NCBI GenBank assembly: GCA_010909165.1
Contig: MU008162.1
Coordinates: 1,488,001 to 1,552,000, forward strand
Direction: 5' to 3'
Length of the DNA stretch: 64,000 nucleotides
Origin: Anthoceros angustus
Lineage: Eukaryota > Plantae > Anthocerotophyta
In this document: positions 57,556 through 64,000 of the stretch, piece after piece
Position numbering within the stretch: the first letter of the stretch is position 1
How the letters are laid out: every line of letters starts with the position of its first letter
Notes under the pieces: model-generated
Told to the model about the DNA's origin: nothing
The model's input: only the letters and a program-made list of their open reading frames with translations
The model's database searches: none
Made by a program: the position numbers and the translations under genes

Positions 57556-60328
57556 TCATTCCCCGCACCTATGTTATAATTATAAGCCATAGCGAAAACG
57601 CCTATGTTGTAAAACACCCCAACCCCCGTGATAAAGTCCCAGGCTATACTGAAAAATAATACATGGGACCAAGACTCCTGTAGTAAAATGAAAACGTGCA
57701 ACGATATCCCCTCTCTCTTCAAATTTGCGATTAGTAAAGGTGCAGTTTTCCTGGTAGTGAGACATTCGAGAACACACCAAACATGGAGCATATATCTCAG
57801 AACCCATCTTGGAAGAACCCTCCAAGATGGGATGCGCAGACACCCTCTTAAATAAGACCTCCACAATTAAGCAGGCTGCAGGCAGATCAATAATGGGATG
57901 AGGTGCTATCCCCTTCATTACGTTTGTAAATCATCTCAATTTCTAGGCACACCAGCCTCCCTCATGTGAGGTCTAAAGCACGAGATCACCTTGTGAATAA
58001 TAATGATGATGATTTAGAGTTGAGCTAAGGTCTAGAAAATGTTGAGATTTATTTTTTGCCGTTTATTTAATATTGTGGCCAGGATTCAGTACAGGAGGCT
58101 TGAAGCCTAAATTGAGAGAACTCTTTAGCGCGAGACAGTTCATAATAAACCTGTAATTACTAGCATATTGGGTTAACACAGGGGAAGGGCTAATGGAACT
58201 CTTTCTATCTACTACAATCCATGCAAAGAACACAAAATCAAGGATTACTGAGTCCAGGGTCCAAAAATTCACCAACAAAATGATATCTTAGCTTTAGCCT
58301 TCCTTCATGCGTGGTCTCCGGCGCAAGATTACCAGCTAACAAAGTAAAGCTTCATGAGCAGTGTACGTTACAATAGCATGCTAATGCTCTTTGTGTCCAT
58401 TGACAAGCCCATACAAGTGAATGTAAATCACGGAGCCGATTTTGTCATCCTCACAAAGCTAAAATTATCTAGCTAGATAATTTTAGCTTTCTATAGAAAA
58501 CAATAATTGATACATATTGCGGGTTATCATCGCACCGGTAATCACAATGGTACCATCCATTTCTCTTTGGTTTGCACTTTGCTACTGATCCTGACGTTGA
58601 ACGACACACCACACGCCTGATGCACGAAGAAACGGAAAAGACCGTATGTAAAGTTTTTTACACAATATACTGTACATCCCAACGAGTGAGCTACAATGAG
58701 TTGCTAATGATACAAGCTGCAATTAGTAGGAGAAGCTTGAAGGGAAATTATGGATGGCCAAGTACATTAGCTAATACACAAGTTTGATACTATGATCATA
58801 AGCTCGAGGGCTCCGGCGACCTCAGATACCCTGCCGGTATAGCATGCTCATAGTCCCAACCGCTACGACGACCATAAACGATCATGTATGCCTACAATTT
58901 TGGTTAACTCCTCCCCATTCTCGTTAAGTTATGGCAATATCTTGGGTTTTTGTGCTCCAAATCAAACAAAAAAAGCAAACATTTGTATCACATGAAGTGC
59001 ACGGCTTTCTACAAAGATATGCGACATGCACTTTGGTGTAGAATGGAGGAAGTGACTACTAGCTAGAAAACGGACGAATATAACCATACTCACTGCAATT
59101 CTATTTTTGATGATATCTGAGGCGTGATATGAAATCCAATTCCTGTGAAACAAAATGCTTTAAGTATGCCTAAAAATGTGCTTCCAAATGACGTATGTTT
59201 GAATTCATAGTTTTCTGTTACGACTATGAAAATATTCTTAATAATTTGAGAAGGTCAGGAAGGTCTGAATTGCGAAGTGTTGACCTGGATTCCATAGCTA
59301 TGGGTTAGATATGAGGCTCTTGTTGCGTGTATCCTAAGGGCCTATGCTGGGAGTCTGATCACTTAACAGTCCTCGTGACATCTTGCTTTTACATACCTGC
59401 TTGGCCAACTTCAACTTCCAACTCACCTTTTACCTTAGTCTCACAACGGTACCCATCCTTCCCCATGTGAACATATACTGAGCAGATGGCCCACACACTG
59501 TTCCGCTAATCTATCACCACGTACTTGCACCTACTTTACCTATTACCACACCCGGGCAAAGAACCCCACACTCACCATAAATGATGTGGCCATCGCTAAG
59601 TACCACAATCAAACCAAAAGAATTAAACGACAAAAAAATGAATGGTGGTGGAAATTATTGTGGGAAAAAAGTAAAAGAAAATTTGGTAGGAAATGAAGTA
59701 ATATAGGGTTTTTTTAGAATGGTTACAAATCTCGCCCTAGTTTTTGGGCGCGATGGACTCGTGTGTGTGAGTTCTAAGACAAGAGAGTACTTGCTCATGA
59801 ACGAACGAATCCTCTGGAATTGGGACATGTACGTCTTGCATTCATGCAAGTATACCACCTTCACGTCTGAGCCGGTACTTTCAGTTATTTTCTTATCGAA
59901 GCTGCTTGGGGACATGTTGCACATAGTCCATTCTTTAATTTATCATAAAATATGGTCTACCTAACTGTCCATGGACCTTAGACACAAGACTCCGTTGGAT
60001 TTGGAAAGGGACCACAATGTTCAATACCTACACTCTACCGTCACATATATGGTCTCATAATATCATATATGAGATGAGATTGCTTCACATATTCATGTGG
60101 TGCCTAAATACATCCATATTATACATATCAGGCAACAACTATGCACCGAGTTTTGAAAAAGCCTTGTTCTCATAATTTGCTATGCCTCGACGTTTTTGCA
60201 TCGAAATATTAACGAAGGAAACTATATTCAAATATAAAATAAATTATTTTTTTATTATTTTTTAATCTCTTGCATTTCCGGTCTTGTGCGAGAAACAAAT
60301 TTTTTTCACACCATGGTCCATGCCTAGG

Positions 60329-61154
60329 GGAAAGAAGACTTTACTATAAAAAAGAGATGGGAAAAAACCCATCCACCTAAAAAAAAGGGGGGAAAAACCC
60401 AACGAAAGGCACCATGCCAGGAGGACTAGTCCCCACGATCACGCATTTCAAAACTACCAACCGCCCAAAGAACTTCGTGATCAGGGATGTGAAAAGGCCT
60501 ACTTACCACCGGTGTCGAAGAAGTTGCGTCTCCTGCGCTCGCTATCATTCTATATACTGCGTTAGCCGACGCCCTCTGCAGAGCGATGGAAACCCTCTGC
60601 CGGAAGAAAGCAACAATACAAGAAAGGGGGAGGCCAACCCCATTCCTGCGGCTATGATAAGCCTTGGCGCATGCCTTGACGAACCTAGAGAAATCCTTGC
60701 CCATGGCTCCGTGAGTCTCAATGGCAAGGGGGACGAAGGCATGGCCGTCTCGCATAGAGTACTTGTGGACCTTAGCCGTCGCGCATCCCTCCGCCGCCCA
60801 ACCTGGAGGGTTAAGAATAACATGTTCGCAGACACTCTCTCGGGTGGGATCGGTTACAACCACATGAATCAAACACGATCCCCGGGTCAAAATAGGTCGC
60901 CTAAGCGAAACCCCGTTGAGCAAGGTGTAGGGGCGCTCCCTAAATGGAAGGAACCCGCCTTCCCTAGCAATAGAGAACATGACGTCCTGGACGGCGTCAT
61001 GTGTAGCGATACGCTGCCCACCCGCGGGATAGCGAGCCAAGTGTGTCCCAGAGTCATCGAGAGGAGCCCCGCAGCTACAAGTAGAAAGAGAGCAAGCCAG
61101 AGGATGGACCAAGCCAAGGCGAAAACGCATCGCGGTGGAAAAAGTTGCTAGGTA
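60329..61154 (-). mobile_element. 5'-truncated RLE-type (CRE/MoTeR-like) retrotransposon copy with an 11-bp TSD
   Basis: ORF 61130-60426: MRFRLG..CSCG..SGTHLAR(Y) zinc knuckle, THDAVQD, VVVTDP, AKVHKY, FVPLAIETHG, RQRVSIALQRA. TSD CCATGCCTAGG at 60318-60328 and 61155-61165. Confidence 0.85.
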
Positions 61155-61391
61155 CCATGCCTAGGTACCATAACCTCTAAGAAGAAAGCTGGTGGCTTTT
61201 ACATTTGTTTTTAAATTTAAGAGCATCAACCCTTTCACGCTTTGTTTCTGGAAAAACCGTAAAAAAAATGTTTCAAGTTTTTAAACATTGTTAAATTTGT
61301 TGGTTTTTTGGCGTCTCCAAAACGTGGAGAATGTCTCTACTTCATTTAAGATCTTATTCATTTTCCCATAAAGAATCTCACATTTAAGACC

Positions 61392-61871
61392 TTATACATT
61401 TATCAATAAAGAATTCGACATTCTACATATTCTGAGCATTCCCAAGGTTACCAATGATAAGAACAATGTAAATAAAAGAAATACAATAATATGAGGTTGA
61501 TAATAATAACACGATAAGAACGCAATAAGAGCCAATAATAATGAAATAAAATTTATTAATAATTCTATCAACTCATTATCACGATAAGGGATCTCATAAG
61601 CATTAAGGATGTCGTCATCATCATCATCAGGGATTTGAATGTTATCAACCTTCAATATTAATCCTCTGCAATTGGGACATCCTCCATGTTGAGTATTCAA
61701 CCATGGATCAAGACACCACTTGTGAAAGTAATGTGAGCATGCATCCACTTGCATGATCTCTTGGCTTTTTTGTATTTCATTTAAACAAATGGTGCATTCC
61801 ATGACCTCATCACCACTATATATCCTTGTTGTCACATTGAATGTTTGTATGCTGGGATTGTTAGGAACCAT
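61392..61871 (-). CDS. RING-H2 protein with two C-terminal hydrophobic helices (putative membrane E3 ligase), intronless
   Basis: CTIC-x14-CSHYFHKWC-x11-CPNC (C3H2C3), acidic linker, then LLINFISLLLALIAFLSCYYY and IIVFLLFTLFLSLVTLGML. Confidence 0.7.
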   Translation of the reverse strand: MVPNNPSIQTFNVTTRIYSGDEVMECTICLNEIQKSQEIMQVDACSHYFHKWCLDPWLNTQHGGCPNCRGLILKVDNIQIPDDDDDDILNAYEIPYRDNELIELLINFISLLLALIAFLSCYYYQPHIIVFLLFTLFLSLVTLGMLRICRMSNSLLINV

Positions 61872-62879
61872 CTTTCCTTAAAAAGATCTTCCCTTAAGTC
61901 AAGTATCCTTGAGATAGTTCATGATATGATATTCTTGACACTTTGATATATCATATATATCCTAGGATTAGCATATATAGTTGTTAGGTTGATGCCAAAG
62001 CACGTTTTTCTCCATAGTTGACTAGCCAAAAGGTGTTTTTCTTAGTAGTTCGAAGCTCAACGAATATTTTTAATGGTGCTCCTTAGCCAATTTATGGAAG
62101 AATTTTTTCTTAGAACCCCCTTGAACTAAGCATAACTTTTTTTCTCAACGACGAACGAATAGCATAATTGACACAACACTTTGTTCGGTCCATTTTCAAA
62201 AACCATGATCCTAACACTGCCAAGTATACTATGTTCAAATAATGTCTCTTAACCCTACAAGGACAAGTCTACTTTTATGGTTATGACTAATATGTACCTC
62301 AGTTTCTCATCTGTGTTATGGACCAAAAATTATGTTCTAATGGATAAAGATAACGAGTGGCAGCTAACGAAGCAATTTTTTTAATTTCATCCAGAAAACT
62401 ACACTCCATGGCTTCATCACCATTATACATCCTTCTGGTTGTGTGCTACATGACTTCATCACCATGATACATCCTTGTAGTCGTGTTGAATCTTCTTCTA
62501 GTGGAATTCTTCTAATCCTTCCCGTGCTATAGCTATGATGCATCCATCTAGTCCTTTCCTTGTTAGTTACTTAAGTTTCCGTACGATAATGACACTTTTC
62601 ATTTATACTATATGTAGGATGGTTAGGTCAGGTAAACACTTCCAAGTCAAATATACTTCACTTGGGGTACATAGGTACTCACTTAGGATACTCACTTTGA
62701 AATGTGAAAGCCGACGTCGGCTTTCGTGGCTCGTACTTTGTCATAGAGAGGCATCTGGCTTAGGCTTCACAGGGCTGTGGGAGGTGCGCGTGTGATGAGC
62801 GTGTTGTTGGCAAGGACAGCTTTGTGTTTTACGGTGTGCTGTGGGAGGCGGTATGGTGTGGCATGTGGTGTGGCTACAG

Positions 62880-63255
62880 GTTTCCAGCCGAGACCTGATG
62901 CACCAGTAAACAGTGCTGTTGGGACAAGATTGTCTTTGTGAGGTTTGCTGATTTGAACCATGCGGAAAACCATGTGATTTTCCAGCCGAGAGATGCACCA
63001 GTAGACAGTGCTATTGGGACAAGATTGTCCTTGTGAGGTTTGCTGATTTAAACCATCTAGAAAACCATGTGATTCCGCAATACTTCTTGTTCTTGTGAGT
63101 TTGTTGATTGGAAACCGTATGATTCCACAACATATGTCTTCTTTTTTGGATTTGGTATTTGGAAACCATGTGTAAAACCGTGTGATTCCACAACATATGT
63201 CTTCTTTTTTGGATTTGGTAATTGGAAACCATGTGTAAAACCATGTGATTTCGCA
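62880..63255 (+). repeat. Adjacent tandem duplications (about 73 bp x2 and 63 bp x2)
   Basis: gtgct(g/a)ttgggacaagattgtc..aaccat x2; gattccacaacatatgtcttcttttttggatttgg..aaaccatgtgtaaaacc x2. Confidence 0.85.
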
Positions 63256-64000
63256 ATGTTCATGTGCATGTCATTCCGCAACATGTGTACCGTGAATTCT
63301 CCATCTCCATGGCCGAAATTGCAAGCCTCGAGCTCACTCGAGGTTTTGCCGGTTTTGTTCGCTCCACATTGCCCATGTTGACATTGCATACCAGCTAGTA
63401 TTAGATGAACAAGGTGCCGCAGTGGTTGCGCAAACTACCATGGAGAAAATGTTCGGTTCATGGTGCTTAGAAGAGTATAGAAGTAACCGGCTGAGGTTGT
63501 CGCTAACTTAGGTGTTGGTGATCTATATAGCTTCCATTATTTCATGCAAATGGTAATTAACTAAGACATAGACTTTTAGGTGGCATGAATAAATGTATGA
63601 CCCTCATTGACCACATAGGAGGGGCATTCAAGTTTATCATGTCAAATAAATAAATATTTTAGAAATTAATGTGCTCTTATTATTTTATTATTTTAAAATT
63701 TCTAATAAATTTATATGATTATGATTATTTATATTGAAATAAACATTCAAAATCACCTATAATATCTATGATGTATGATATCGTAGTTTTTAGTGAATTC
63801 GACTAGGTATGTACATTTCACGATTAGAGTACCTGAAGGGCCTTACATCATACATTATGTATTAGGCGGCACAGAAGGGCTATAGAACCTTACGGCAACA
63901 AAGCTTTTTGAGGGCGTGACAACAAAGATCATACATCGGGCGGCCCTGAAGGCCCTCAGAACCTTACAATAGCAGCCCTTTTTGCGGGCAAAATAGTAGA

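Noticed and set aside
1-64000. tRNA, rRNA and snRNA genes
   Set aside because: None recognised by eye; a covariance-model scan (tRNAscan-SE, Infernal) would be needed to exclude them.

Overview
This is eukaryotic nuclear DNA from a compact-genome, seed-free land plant. Short GT-AG introns and a PLS-PPR with a 'PGxSWW' box point to a hornwort, fern or lycophyte; this is inference. The window has two halves. Positions 1-37.3 kb are gene-dense and GC-rich: RAY1-like glycosyltransferase (partial), ALA P4-ATPase, PRDA1, tRNA-IPT, RhoGAP, CA1Pase, acylphosphatase, PanK, a dcd1/C45-like Ntn hydrolase, MTA/SAH nucleosidase, a bacterial-looking secreted beta-helix protein, a tail-to-tail Myb/trihelix + Harbinger nuclease pair, and a PLS-E+ PPR with an eroded DYW domain. 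Positions 37.4-64 kb are AT-richer and repeat-rich. They hold three copies of an RLE-type (CRE/MoTeR-like) non-LTR retrotransposon (two with TSDs), a Tc1/mariner-type MITE, inverted 42-bp arrays, many tandem duplications, and intronless orphan-like genes (a repeat-prefixed papain, a RING-H2-2TM protein and a coiled-coil mini-ORF). Best candidates for novelty: (1) the Harbinger pair, whose nuclease has a catalytic Glu-to-Gln change and no visible TIRs, so it may be a domesticated module; (2) the CRE-like retroelement family with a shared 3' hairpin; (3) the papain and RING genes in the repeat island. Exon boundaries were read by eye and are approximate.
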